DNA of 64,000 nucleotides. Source: Nitrospirota bacterium (GTDB lineage Bacteria; Nitrospirota; Thermodesulfovibrionia; UBA6902). The notes beneath the pieces were generated by a model. It was given only the letters and a program-made list of their open reading frames with translations, did no database searches and was not told where the DNA came from. The position numbers were made by a program, and so were the translations under genes. Numbering within the stretch: position 1 is the stretch's first letter; the number at the start of each line of letters is the position of its first letter. Location: assembly GCA_016213945.1 (NCBI GenBank), contig JACQZF010000032.1, forward strand, positions 20,324 to 84,323. The letters run 5' to 3'. Positions 10,671-20,174 of this stretch are shown here, piece after piece.

Positions 10671-10883
10671 CAAGAGATTACAGCTTGACACCGTGGGGAA
10701 AAGTGAGATGATTGTTGGCAGGAATACGGCGTCCGGGTATCTGGATTGTTATTTCTGGCATTCCCATTATATAGATCACCTGATAAGCGAGGTGTATCAT
10801 GTGATCACGAAACCGGAGCTGAACGTGTTGACCCTCAAATGATCCATTTATAAAAGGTTGAAAGGAGCTGAAGTTGCAGGCCG

Positions 10884-11645
10884 TTAATAGCTGTAGGTCA
10901 AACCTGCTGAGAAGATATTGTTATTATTTGTTTCGATACTGTTTGAGGTATTTATCTGAAAGTCGTATTCGAAATTTATATAAGCATGGTGCCATATCTC
11001 CCTTGAAACAGTTGCTGAAAATGTATGCTGCCGTGATTCAAAATGCGTGGGGTCGTCGTATTTACGAACAAGATAGCTGTAGCCGATGCCGGGGAAAGTT
11101 TTTTCTCCTGCCATGAATTTTACCCAAACGCCTAACCAGTGGCCGTCATAGGTGAAGCTGTCCGACTTTGCGTCATTTCTCTCGTACTCATAACCCTCGT
11201 GTATTGAGAAATGCCCTGTAACCTGCTGCCATAGTTCTATGGCGCCTCCCAGAGCTGAGCCGCTCCTTTCCTGTTCTCTATAATCCCTTAATTTCCCCCT
11301 CACTATAGCCTGTGCAAACAAAATATCTCCGAATTGTCGATACACTCCCAAATTGAGAAAACCGGTTATCTCATTTAATTGGGTGTTTTTGTCGTAAAAG
11401 TAGGAATCAGCTCCGCCTTTCAAAAACAGGTAAGTATTTTCTTCTGCAACTTTGGTATAGCCTCCAAGCGCCGCTGACAGAGTGAGATAGACGTCATCCT
11501 GTTTATCTATATCAGCAGGCGAACCGAATATATTATCTTCATAAGTAATTCTGGCGCTGGCATCAAAAAGCACTCCAGCCACTGATGTTCCGGAAATTGT
11601 GATAATATTCAGAATAAGCAAAGACACAACAATATAATATTTCAT
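10884..11645 (-). CDS. outer-membrane beta-barrel protein (unknown family)
   Basis: Signal peptide, alternating beta-strand pattern, C-terminal ...AGLTYSY. Confidence 0.45.
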   Translation of the reverse strand: MKYYIVVSLLILNIITISGTSVAGVLFDASARITYEDNIFGSPADIDKQDDVYLTLSAALGGYTKVAEENTYLFLKGGADSYFYDKNTQLNEITGFLNLGVYRQFGDILFAQAIVRGKLRDYREQERSGSALGGAIELWQQVTGHFSIHEGYEYERNDAKSDSFTYDGHWLGVWVKFMAGEKTFPGIGYSYLVRKYDDPTHFESRQHTFSATVSREIWHHAYINFEYDFQINTSNSIETNNNNIFSAGLTYSY

Positions 11646-11675
11646 GTCTTCCCGCCGCCAAACCAGAGGTGTTTT

Positions 11676-12608
11676 CTACATGCCATGCTTTCCTCCTTCA
11701 CCCCCGCTTTGTCCTCCCATGCCGGAGCCGCCGCCCATACCGCCGCCGCCTGTTCCCTGCCCTCCCATGCCGGAGCCGCTACGCATTCCCGCGCCCCCGC
11801 TCATTCCGTGAAATCCCATGCCTCCGCTATTCATCATGGAGTCCATATTCTGCATCATATGGTTCATGTCTGAACCTGATTTGATTCCATTGAAAAACGA
11901 TCTATCCATCATTATCATATCGTCTTCTGTATAACCTTTATCAATAGCTTTGCCAATGAACTTTTGCGCATGTTCCGGAGGCATCCCCATCTCTATGAAA
12001 GCAGTCATGGTCGCCATGGCCACATTAAACCGGGATAAAGACTGATTATTTTTCATTACCTTCTGTCCTGTCTGCATGATTGTATCTTCCGGTACCGATT
12101 TTTCCATCGCCTTCGCCACGGTCTGGGCCGTTTCGCCGGTATCTGTATCTTTATCTGTCTTCATGCCGCTCCCGACAAGGCTGTTAACGATTCTGTCGGC
12201 TGCGGCGGTTTTTTCGATTAATCCTGTTGTGGCATATAGAACTTTTTCAGAAGAAACTCTCTTGGAAAGACCCTGCTCAATCCTGTCCAGGACCGACCTG
12301 ACCGGCAGGTTTTGTTCTTTTGCGCTTACGACGGCAGTCATTAATGCTTCGAGACTTTTACCGTCCCAGCCTCCTGAAAGTCCTCTCCTGATAATAATCG
12401 CAACATCATCAGGCGGGATACCGGTCTTCATCGCATTATGGGAGCTATTAATAAGAGAGGTCTTTTGCTCCTGAGTCAGTGAAGATTCCCCGACGGCAAG
12501 CGTTATTTCTTCCTTATAATTTTCTGTGTCTGCAAGTGCTGTTGAGCAGCAGATGACCACGCTTGAGATTATCACAATAATGAGACTTATTATTCGCGCT
12601 GTTTTCAT
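11676..12608 (-). CDS. secreted protein with Met/Gly-rich C-terminal tail
   Basis: Signal peptide. Tail is MMQNMDSMMNSGGMGFHGMSGGAGMRSGSGMGGQG.... ATGA overlap with the anti-sigma gene. Confidence 0.45.
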   Translation of the reverse strand: MKTARIISLIIVIISSVVICCSTALADTENYKEEITLAVGESSLTQEQKTSLINSSHNAMKTGIPPDDVAIIIRRGLSGGWDGKSLEALMTAVVSAKEQNLPVRSVLDRIEQGLSKRVSSEKVLYATTGLIEKTAAADRIVNSLVGSGMKTDKDTDTGETAQTVAKAMEKSVPEDTIMQTGQKVMKNNQSLSRFNVAMATMTAFIEMGMPPEHAQKFIGKAIDKGYTEDDMIMMDRSFFNGIKSGSDMNHMMQNMDSMMNSGGMGFHGMSGGAGMRSGSGMGGQGTGGGGMGGGSGMGGQSGGEGGKHGM

Positions 12609-13255
12609 GATGTGCTGACCCTCACTACCGAGTTCTTATTGCCAAACCCGTCGTCATGGTATGAATCAGACTTCGGGTCTTCTGCCCACACTTTGCCGTC
12701 GATAACGAACATATAGCTGTACATTTTCGGTTTCAGAGGGATATCTATGGTCCAGATCCCGTCGCCCTGTTTTTTCATAAGGGCTTCGTCTGTGCTCCAT
12801 TTATTGAAATCCCCTGCAAGGGAGACGCTTTTGGCCTCAGGAGAATAAAATTCAAACCGGACGGTAATCATTGTTTCCGGGCTTAAGGATGAGATCCGGC
12901 TGTCCTTTTTCTGGATATAAAAAATCCCTCCCCCCAGTATTGCCACAAAAAACACGGCAGCCACGGCAGCAGCTATATTCCATCTAACCATCCGCTGCCT
13001 GAAAAAGAAATCCTGGAGGCGCTCCATCTTAACCTTTGTGTGCGGAGTCAATTCCCTCATAACTTCTGAAGTAAAAGAGTGCGGCGCTGATTTCCTCTCG
13101 CAATTTCCTGCAATACGGATCGTTTTTCTGAGGAGATCAAGCTCCTCCTTCTGTAAGGGATCGGACTCAATCAGCCTCAGGGCCGCCTTCTCTTCCTCCT
13201 GAGAAAATTCCCCGTCAATAAGCTTGCGAATGATGTCTGTGTTTTTATTCATCAA
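12605..13255 (-). CDS. anti-sigma factor with extracytoplasmic CBM48/AMPK-beta-like domain
   Basis: Overlaps the ECF sigma gene. Single TM segment (AAAVAAVFFVAILGGGIFYI). C-terminal VRFEFYSPEAKSVSLAGDFNKW...GIWTIDIPL...YSYMFVIDG. Confidence 0.6.
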   Translation of the reverse strand: MMNKNTDIIRKLIDGEFSQEEEKAALRLIESDPLQKEELDLLRKTIRIAGNCERKSAPHSFTSEVMRELTPHTKVKMERLQDFFFRQRMVRWNIAAAVAAVFFVAILGGGIFYIQKKDSRISSLSPETMITVRFEFYSPEAKSVSLAGDFNKWSTDEALMKKQGDGIWTIDIPLKPKMYSYMFVIDGKVWAEDPKSDSYHDDGFGNKNSVVRVSTS

Positions 13256-13793
13256 GCACCCCCATCTCTTTTAGAAGCCTCTTCAGCATCTCCCTGCCCC
13301 TATGGGTTTTGACCTTAAGGGCGTTGACGCTGACATTCAGGACAGCCTCCATCTCCCTGTAGTCTAATCCTTCAATATGTTTTAATACAATTACCTCCCG
13401 GTAGTCTTCCGGCAGCATATTAAGAGCCGACTGTATCTTATCCATAATCTGTTTTCCGCTTGCTTCCTCTTCAGGATTGGCCACTGAAGAGGCTATGTCC
13501 GGGGATTCATCAAGCGGGACATGGTGTTGCCTGCTCCTTAAATTGTCTCTGCATTTATTGATTACGATACTGTAAAGCCATGTGGAGAATTTTGAATCAT
13601 ATCTGAAATTCTTTAAATTGTTATATGCGGAGATAAAGCTTTCCTGCGCCAGATCCTGCGCCAGATCAGCATCTCCAAGCATCCTGTATGCTACGTTGTA
13701 AACCATATCCTTATGCCTCTCCACCAGAATTGCATATGTGTCTGCAATACCTTCGGCACACTGTTTAATAAGCGCATGTTCCTCTTGCTGCAT
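13245..13793 (-). CDS. ECF-type RNA polymerase sigma factor
   Basis: Region 2 FISAYNNLKNFRYDSKFSTWLYSIVINKCRDNLR and region 4 REVIVLKHIEGLDYREMEAVLNVSVNALKVKTHRGRE. Confidence 0.85.
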   Translation of the reverse strand: MQQEEHALIKQCAEGIADTYAILVERHKDMVYNVAYRMLGDADLAQDLAQESFISAYNNLKNFRYDSKFSTWLYSIVINKCRDNLRSRQHHVPLDESPDIASSVANPEEEASGKQIMDKIQSALNMLPEDYREVIVLKHIEGLDYREMEAVLNVSVNALKVKTHRGREMLKRLLKEMGVLDE

Positions 13794-13843
13794 CTTTTCA
13801 TTGTTCCTGCATATAAGACGTAATAAATCATTAAACCGTTACA

Positions 13844-14221
13844 TTATCGTTTGATCGAGATTACCGAATTCCTCCCGCCTAATCCATCATCTGTAAAAGG
13901 AGACTCAGGGTCCAAAAGCCACTGCTCTCCATCTACTAAAAATATATACTCATAGCGGCCGTCTGCAAGCGGCAGAGTTATGCTCCATATGCCGTCCCCG
14001 TCTGTATCGGTAAGGACATCTTTGTCCGGATCCCATTGGTTAAAGCTGCCGGCAATAGCGACATGTTTTGTGTTCTGAAGCTTAACAGAAAACCTTACGC
14101 CGCCTTCAAGGATCTTAGGCCCTACGGATTTAATGCTGCATCCGTAAAGAAGTATCGTCATAAGGCAAAGGGTAAATAATAAGTTAGAAAATATTTTTCT
14201 TTTTTCTTTCCTATGCATCAC
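13844..14221 (-). CDS. lipoprotein with CBM48/AMPK-beta-like domain
   Basis: LLYGC lipobox. VRFSVKLQNTKHVAIAGSFNQWDP...GIWSITLPL...YEYIFLVDG is paralogous to the anti-sigma C-terminus. Confidence 0.55.
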   Translation of the reverse strand: MMHRKEKRKIFSNLLFTLCLMTILLYGCSIKSVGPKILEGGVRFSVKLQNTKHVAIAGSFNQWDPDKDVLTDTDGDGIWSITLPLADGRYEYIFLVDGEQWLLDPESPFTDDGLGGRNSVISIKR

Positions 14222-14269
14222 AATATCTTATCATAAGCAAAGTAAGAGATTATGAAGGCCCGGCGTATT

Positions 14270-14323
14270 GAAAATAAAATAAGGGCAATATCCTCTTTTA
14301 AATGAAATACCGATATTGCCCTT
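14270..14323 (-). terminator. rho-independent terminator
   Basis: 12-bp stem aagggcaatatc/gatattgccctt, followed on the minus strand by attttatttt. Confidence 0.6.
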
Positions 14324-14341
14324 ATTAACTTATTAAGATGT

Positions 14342-14653
14342 CTATTGGCTGCCTGTATGGGTATGTGTTCCGGTATTCGGCCCGGTCCCCATGTTAGGGT
14401 TCGGATGTGTTCCGGTATTCGGTCCGGTCCCCATGTTTGGGTTAGTCCCCATGTTAGGGTTCGGATGTGTTCCCATATTAGGATTGCCGCCCATACTCTG
14501 TCCGGCTCCCATATTGGATTTGGTTCCCATCCCTTTTACACCACTCATACTGTTCCCGCTACCCATGCCTTTTCCGGCCCCAAATGCCGTTGTTCCGGCA
14601 ATAAAGGTAAGCGCAACGATTATCGCTAATCCTGCAGTAACTATTCGTCTCAT
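14342..14653 (-). CDS. secreted Gly/Asn/Met-repeat protein
   Basis: Start chosen at MRRIV, 8 nt after aaaggagg. Signal peptide, then the repeated NPNMGT/GPNTGTHP motif. Confidence 0.5.
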   Translation of the reverse strand: MRRIVTAGLAIIVALTFIAGTTAFGAGKGMGSGNSMSGVKGMGTKSNMGAGQSMGGNPNMGTHPNPNMGTNPNMGTGPNTGTHPNPNMGTGPNTGTHTHTGSQ

Positions 14654-14868
14654 TATGTTTTCACCTCCTTTCATCAGCAGAGAATGTTTTCGAGCCTCTG
14701 CGGTATTTGAAAATCTTTGTGTCCTCTGCGATTGAATGTTTACGGTCAATCATCAGTTATTAAGACGAGGCTAAATTGAAAAGGTTACACGTCTTTATAT
14801 ATTAGACGTCAGGTTCATAATTTCTTCAAAACATAGTGCGATTCTAATATTAGTAAGGGGGTAAGAAT

Positions 14869-15048
14869 ATGGAATGGGTTAGAGAAAACTGGTTTTTCAT
14901 TATCTTCTTTGTCATCTTCATCGCCATGCACCTTTTCGGCGGAGGGTGCTGCGGAGGTCATGGCAGCCATAGAGAAGGAGAGGAAGAACACAAAGGACAT
15001 TCGGGGAAAGATACTGCTGGGAAGAAAGGAGGTCAGTCATGCCATTAA
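14869..15048 (+). CDS. DUF2933-like small membrane protein (59 aa, below the ORF-track cutoff)
   Basis: Own translation: MEWVRENWFFIIFFVIFIAMHLFGGGCCGGHGSHREGEEEHKGH.... Overlaps the next ORF by 10 nt. Confidence 0.5.
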   Translation: MEWVRENWFFIIFFVIFIAMHLFGGGCCGGHGSHREGEEEHKGHSGKDTAGKKGGQSCH

Positions 15049-15314
15049 ACATAAGAGTTGCAAGCTGGTCTCTTGGCATTTTCCTGGCAATTTCATATGT
15101 TCTGTGTGTTCTATATGGATTGGTTGTTCCGCAAAGACTGCATGGTATGCAAAACTTTCTTGAGGCGGCGCTTCCTGCCTTCAAATGGCTGACCTTCGGC
15201 GGATTTATCCTCGGTCTCATAGAGAGTTTTCTTTACGGAGTATATATCGGCATTGTGTTTGTTCCGGTATATAATTTCTTTAACAGGAAATGGGAACTGA
15301 AACAGGGAGAATAA
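15039..15314 (+). CDS. small two-TM membrane protein
   Basis: Two hydrophobic helices. Coupled to the neighbouring small ORF and the ICMT gene. Confidence 0.5.
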   Translation: MPLNIRVASWSLGIFLAISYVLCVLYGLVVPQRLHGMQNFLEAALPAFKWLTFGGFILGLIESFLYGVYIGIVFVPVYNFFNRKWELKQGE

Positions 15315-15318
15315 ATTT

Positions 15319-15957
15319 ATGCATGGCGAAGACATTCAATTTGCATACGGTTTCTGGGGTCTTGTTGTTGTCAATGTTGCGCTGTTTGTTTTCTTTATAC
15401 TGAGTTTCCTCACCCCTATCAAGAAAAGGGAATGGCGCTCTATGGGCGTAACCATTGCCTTCTTTGTTGCGCTCTTTACGGAGATGTACGGTTTCCCTCT
15501 CACAATATATATTTTTACAGGAATACTCGGCAGTAAGTATCCTGCATTGAATCCGTTTTCACATGCAAGCGGTCATCTCTGGCTGACATTCTTCGGAGGC
15601 GGGGCCGCAATGATGAATGTCATTCATATCCTCAGCAACGGACTGGTGATTATCGGGTTTGCGATAATGTGGAAGGGGTGGAAACTTATTCACAGTGCCA
15701 AGGGGGAACTGGTGGTAACAGGTCCTTATGCATACGTGAGGCATCCGCAGTATTCAGGTCTTTTTATCATAATGACAGGCATGCTGATCCAATGGCCGAC
15801 AATCATAACGGCATTGATGTTTCCTGTGCTGATTTTTGTATATTACCGTTTGTCAATGAGGGAAGAAAGTGAGATAATTAAACTATCCGGAGATGAATAT
15901 AAAGCATATATGCAAAAGACGCCGATGTTCGTGCCGAAATTCAGAAGGAATCCGTAG
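15319..15957 (+). CDS. isoprenylcysteine carboxyl methyltransferase (ICMT/PEMT) family membrane protein
   Basis: GPYAYVRHPQYSGLFIIMTG motif; multi-TM. Confidence 0.75.
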   Translation: MHGEDIQFAYGFWGLVVVNVALFVFFILSFLTPIKKREWRSMGVTIAFFVALFTEMYGFPLTIYIFTGILGSKYPALNPFSHASGHLWLTFFGGGAAMMNVIHILSNGLVIIGFAIMWKGWKLIHSAKGELVVTGPYAYVRHPQYSGLFIIMTGMLIQWPTIITALMFPVLIFVYYRLSMREESEIIKLSGDEYKAYMQKTPMFVPKFRRNP

Positions 15958-16124
15958 TGGCGATTCATGAATCGCCACTACAAAAAAAGGAGGTGAAGGA
16001 GAGGCGGGAATCCAGACAGTTAAAGCACCGGATGCCAGATCAGGCCTGTCCCCGCAGGCAGTAAGCGGGGAAAATTCGGGCGTGACGATGTGTATTACAA
16101 TTAACAGCAAAAAGGAGGTTTAAA

Positions 16125-16529
16125 ATGAAAAGTTTATTTATGGTGATAATCTTAATTACAGGATTGACAGCAACTTACAGTTTTGCCCAGATGGGCGGCG
16201 GCATGATGGGCGACCAGAAACATGAGACGATGGAGAAAGGCGGGAAGATGATGGATCATAAAGGCATGATGAGCCATGAGAATATGATGGGTAACATGAT
16301 GGACATGATGCACCAGATGTCAGGGATGATGGGAAACATGTCAGGGATGATGAAAGACATGCCGAAAGACAGAATGCATAAAATGTCCGGGATGATGAAA
16401 GATATGTGCACAGAGATGAATAAGATGTCAGGGATGATGGACAGCGGCATGGCAAATGAAAAAGATATGAACGCCATGCATGAGAGAATGAAAGAAATGC
16501 AGAAAAATATGTCTGACATGATGAAGTAA
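16125..16529 (+). CDS. secreted methionine-rich protein (putative Cu(I)/metal binding)
   Basis: Signal peptide. 40 Met in 134 residues by my count, with MSGMM/GNMM repeats. Immediately upstream of copA. Confidence 0.6.
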   Translation: MKSLFMVIILITGLTATYSFAQMGGGMMGDQKHETMEKGGKMMDHKGMMSHENMMGNMMDMMHQMSGMMGNMSGMMKDMPKDRMHKMSGMMKDMCTEMNKMSGMMDSGMANEKDMNAMHERMKEMQKNMSDMMK

Positions 16530-16587
16530 GCAGGTATATATAAAATGAATCGAAAGAAGATCAGAAACATGTTAGAAGAAGGGGAAA

Positions 16588-18894
16588 ATGAAAGTAACCG
16601 ATCCGGTTTGCAACATGACCATTGAGGACAAGGATGCTGTCGGTACATCTTCGTACAAAGGCTTGACCTACTATTTCTGCTCCCCTGCCTGCAAGGAAGA
16701 ATTTGACAAAAAGCCGGAGGCATTTGCAGGAGTCAGAAGTCAGAAGTCAGAAGTCAAAAGTGAAGAAAAAAAAGAAGAGATGGCGAAAGACCCGATATGC
16801 GGGATGGTTATCCCAAAGGAGCGTTCCATAAAAAGGGAGAGCGGCGGCAGGACCTATTATTTTTGCAGTGAGAGTTGCGTAAAAACCTTTGAGGCGCCTG
16901 AGGCGGAATTAAAGTCGATGAAAAGGAGAGTGACGATTGCACTTACCGGCGTTATTGCACTTGCGATTTTCAGGGCAGCGGTATTTTTAGGACTTGCTGC
17001 CGGGGCAACGGTTCTCACTTGGGTTCCCATACCGTGGCTGCCGTGGTTCACATGGGGAGTGTGGCTCTTTATCATCACAACGCCGATTATGATCTTCGGC
17101 GGGAAAGGGTTTTTTATCGGAGCGTACCACGCCGTTAAAGACAGGGTGGCAAATATGGATCTTCTCATAGCCCTCGGCACATCTACAGCTTACATTTATA
17201 GCGCATTTGTCGTCTTCTTCCCTGGAGTATTGCCCGTAGAAGAGAAGAACGTATATTTTGAGGTTGCAGCCATTATCATCGCCTTTGTGCTTCTTGGCAA
17301 ATACATGGAAGAGATAATCAAGAAGCGCAGCTCTGCCGCCATAAGAAAACTCCTCGACCTGAAGCCGCAGACAGCGAGGGTTATAAGAGACGGTGTCGAG
17401 GTGGAAATCCCTGCTGAGTCGGTTATGGCGGATGAGACCGTTGTTGTCAGGCCGGGGGAGAAGCTTCCGACAGACGGCATTGTCATAGAAGGACATTCAT
17501 CAATAGATGAAAAGATGTTAACCGGAGAGAGCGTGCCTGTTGAGAAAAAGGCAGGAGACGAGGTCATAGGAGGCACATTAAACAAAGTCGGTTCGTTTAA
17601 ATTCAGGGCAACGAGGGTGGGCGCAGATACGACATTAAGCCAGATAATTAAAATGGTGGAGGAGGCGCAGGCATCCACCGCGCAAATTCAGAGACTGGCT
17701 GACAAAGTGGCGTCTTACTTTGTTCCCGTAGTTATCGGCGTTGCATTTCTCTCAGCCATTGTGTGGATACTGATGGGAAATTCCACGATGGCGCTCTTAT
17801 CGTTTGTTGCAGTGCTGATAATCGCATGCCCTTGTGCTCTCGGCATTGCAACTCCTGCTGCATTGATGGTCGGTGTCGGCAAAGGCGCTGAGATGGGAAT
17901 ACTTATAAGGGGCGCCGAATACCTTGAAAGGGCGGAAAAATTAAACACCGTGGTATTCGACAAAACAGGCACGCTCACAAAAGGAGAGCCGGAAGTTACG
18001 GAGATAATTGCAGGGGCAGGTCGCAACCTGCCCTATTCTATAACCGAGGATGATATTTTACTACTTGCAGCAATAGCCGAGAAAGGCTCTGAGCATCCGC
18101 TGGCTGAGGCGATAATAAAAAGGGCAAGCATGACCGGGCTGAGCATACCGGATGCGGAGACATTTGAAGCCATCCCAGGTCATGGGGTGAAGGTTACATA
18201 TAAAGGTGAAAATATCCTGATCGGCAACAGAAGGCTGATGAAAGAAAAAGGCATTCCTGTTGAAGGCAAGGAAACCATTATCTCAGGGCTTGAAGAAAAA
18301 GGAAATACAGTGATGCTCGTTGCAAAAGAAGGAAAGCTCGCAGGGCTTATTGCGGTTGCAGACACGCTCAAAGACAACGTTGAAGAGGTAATTAACGGAC
18401 TGAAAGACATGGGCGTTGAGGTTGTTATGCTCACAGGAGACAACGAGCGCACCGCAAAAGCGATAGGTAGACGAATAGGAATAGAGAGGACCATATCAAA
18501 TGTCCTTCCTGGAGATAAGGCAAAGGTCATTAAAGAGCTTCAGTCTCAGGGGAAAGTCGTGGCAATGGTCGGAGACGGAATAAACGATTCCCCTGCCCTG
18601 GCACAGGCAGATATAGGAGTTGCGATTGGAAGCGGCTCGGATGTGGCAAAAGAGACAGGCGGCATCATCCTTGTAAGGGATGACCTGAGAGATGTTATTA
18701 AGAGCATAAAGCTCAGCAGGGCAACAATGCGCAAGATAAAACAGAACCTCTTTTGGGCCTTTGCCTATAACACAGTTTCAATCCCTGTTGCTGCAATCGG
18801 ACTTCTGAACCCTATCATTGCCGCAGCAGCTATGGCATTAAGTTCACTCTCGGTAGTAAGCAACTCCGCTATGCTGAAAAGGGTAAAGATATGA
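16588..18894 (+). CDS. copA: copper-translocating P-type ATPase with two N-terminal YHS/TRASH domains
   Basis: CPC ([13 protein letters not shown]), DKTGTLT and [10 protein letters not shown] motifs. N-terminal VCNM...[12 protein letters not shown] and ICGM...[15 protein letters not shown] array at about 16730-16765 is in frame. Confidence 0.9.
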   Translation: MKVTDPVCNMTIEDKDAVGTSSYKGLTYYFCSPACKEEFDKKPEAFAGVRSQKSEVKSEEKKEEMAKDPICGMVIPKERSIKRESGGRTYYFCSESCVKTFEAPEAELKSMKRRVTIALTGVIALAIFRAAVFLGLAAGATVLTWVPIPWLPWFTWGVWLFIITTPIMIFGGKGFFIGAYHAVKDRVANMDLLIALGTSTAYIYSAFVVFFPGVLPVEEKNVYFEVAAIIIAFVLLGKYMEEIIKKRSSAAIRKLLDLKPQTARVIRDGVEVEIPAESVMADETVVVRPGEKLPTDGIVIEGHSSIDEKMLTGESVPVEKKAGDEVIGGTLNKVGSFKFRATRVGADTTLSQIIKMVEEAQASTAQIQRLADKVASYFVPVVIGVAFLSAIVWILMGNSTMALLSFVAVLIIACPCALGIATPAALMVGVGKGAEMGILIRGAEYLERAEKLNTVVFDKTGTLTKGEPEVTEIIAGAGRNLPYSITEDDILLLAAIAEKGSEHPLAEAIIKRASMTGLSIPDAETFEAIPGHGVKVTYKGENILIGNRRLMKEKGIPVEGKETIISGLEEKGNTVMLVAKEGKLAGLIAVADTLKDNVEEVINGLKDMGVEVVMLTGDNERTAKAIGRRIGIERTISNVLPGDKAKVIKELQSQGKVVAMVGDGINDSPALAQADIGVAIGSGSDVAKETGGIILVRDDLRDVIKSIKLSRATMRKIKQNLFWAFAYNTVSIPVAAIGLLNPIIAAAAMALSSLSVVSNSAMLKRVKI

Positions 18895-19070
18895 AGATAA
18901 CACATCTTGTAATTATCATTATTTCTGTGCCGTTATTGACAGTGATTATTTCTCTATTCGGCATAACGTTTAGTATCTGGACTTACCTGCTGCTTTTTAT
19001 TTTATGCCCTCTTGCCGCTGGTATTCTGTGGTTTCTCTACAGGGATATGCAGAAGAAATTAAAAAGATAA
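18891..19070 (+). CDS. small two-TM membrane protein, ATGA-coupled to copA (59 aa)
   Basis: Own translation: [59 protein letters not shown]. Confidence 0.4.
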   Translation: MKITHLVIIIISVPLLTVIISLFGITFSIWTYLLLFILCPLAAGILWFLYRDMQKKLKR

Positions 19071-19086
19071 TATCGGGCATTCGTTA

Positions 19087-19680
19087 CTACAGTTCTCTTC
19101 TGCCTTCGATGGATTTCGAGAGGGTGACTTCATCGGCAAACTCAATGTCTCCGCCGATTGGGAGTCCATAGGCGATGCGGGATATTTTTACTCCAAGGGG
19201 TTTCAGGACCTGGGATATATACTGGGCAGTGGTTTCGCCTTTTGTGTTAGGGTTTGTCGCGATGATGACTTCTGAAATGCCGCCCTGCTTCACCCTTTCA
19301 ACGAGCTCATTGATCTTGAGCCTGTCCGGGGTTATGCCGTCAATGGGGGAAAGCGCTCCGAGAAGCACATGATAGAGGCCGTTGAAGATTTTTGTATTTT
19401 CAATAACGATGAGATTGCTCGGTTCTTCGACAACGCAGATCGTGTTTCTGTTCCTCTGCAGGTTGTTACAGATGGAGCATATCTCGTCTTCAGTGATGTT
19501 AAAGCAGGCCCTGCAGAAGCGCGCCTTTTTCTTTATTTCAATAATGGCGTTTGCTATCGAGATCGCTTCTTCCTCCGGCATACCCAGTATAAAAAAGGAA
19601 AGCCGCTGCGCGGTCTTCCTGCCGATGCCCGGAAGCCTGGAAAGTTCATTTATGAGATTATCAACTACACCGTTATTCAT
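19087..19680 (-). CDS. recR: recombination protein RecR
   Basis: LPGIGRKTAQRL helix-hairpin-helix, zinc finger CRACFNITEDEICSIC, Toprim region. Confidence 0.9.
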   Translation of the reverse strand: MNNGVVDNLINELSRLPGIGRKTAQRLSFFILGMPEEEAISIANAIIEIKKKARFCRACFNITEDEICSICNNLQRNRNTICVVEEPSNLIVIENTKIFNGLYHVLLGALSPIDGITPDRLKINELVERVKQGGISEVIIATNPNTKGETTAQYISQVLKPLGVKISRIAYGLPIGGDIEFADEVTLSKSIEGRREL

Positions 19681-19693
19681 GGAATTATATTTT

Positions 19694-19782
19694 GATAGTA
19701 GTTAGTAGGTAGTAGAGAGACACAGACTCTCACCGCGCTCTTCTTCTTTTCTCCTTCTCCTAACTCCTAACTACTATCTACC
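19694..19782. repeat. inverted pair of 7-bp tandem arrays (long hairpin) between ybaB and recR
   Basis: gatagtagttagtaggtagtag ... ctcctaactcctaactactatctacc. Confidence 0.7.
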
Positions 19783-19786
19783 TTTT

Positions 19787-20116
19787 TTACCCGAAGATAT
19801 TCCCTAATCCGGGCAGGTTCATGCCGCCTGTAATTTTTTTCATGTCTTCCGACACCAATTGCTGCGCCCCCCGGAGGGCCTCATTCACTGCTGCGACTAT
19901 AAGGTCCTGAAGCATCTCAATATCGTCCGGGTTAACTACGTCGCGCTCGATCTTCAGGGAAACGATCTCCGCTGCGCCGTTGGCTGTGGCAACGACCATG
20001 CCTCCGCCTGCCGACGCCTCATAGGTCTTCTTTTTGGATTCCTCCTGGACCCTTCCCATTTCCTCCTGCATCTTCTGCGCCTGCTTCATCAGGTCGCCAA
20101 TCATCTTCTTATTCAT
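19787..20116 (-). CDS. ybaB: YbaB/EbfC nucleoid-associated protein
   Basis: MNKKMIGDLMKQAQKMQEEM... start preceded by ggagg. Conserved dnaX-ybaB-recR order. Confidence 0.85.
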   Translation of the reverse strand: MNKKMIGDLMKQAQKMQEEMGRVQEESKKKTYEASAGGGMVVATANGAAEIVSLKIERDVVNPDDIEMLQDLIVAAVNEALRGAQQLVSEDMKKITGGMNLPGLGNIFG

Positions 20117-20174
20117 AATACCTCCGTAATTTACAATTATTAGCCAATCTAATTTATATACCTGCGATGCCCGC

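Noticed and set aside
14345-14735. Plus-strand ORFs antisense to the Gly/Asn/Met repeat protein
   Set aside because: The minus-strand frame has an RBS, signal peptide and terminator. The plus-strand frames are artefacts of the repetitive sequence.
14815-15220. Minus-strand ORFs 14815-15000 and 14918-15220
   Set aside because: The plus strand here encodes a recognisable DUF2933-like peptide and a coupled small membrane protein, so the minus-strand ORFs are shadows.
15954-15981. 11-bp perfect hairpin gtagtggcgat/atcgccactac after the ICMT gene, considered as a terminator
   Set aside because: It is followed by an A-run rather than a T-run on the coding strand, so it is not a canonical intrinsic terminator. 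Left unannotated.
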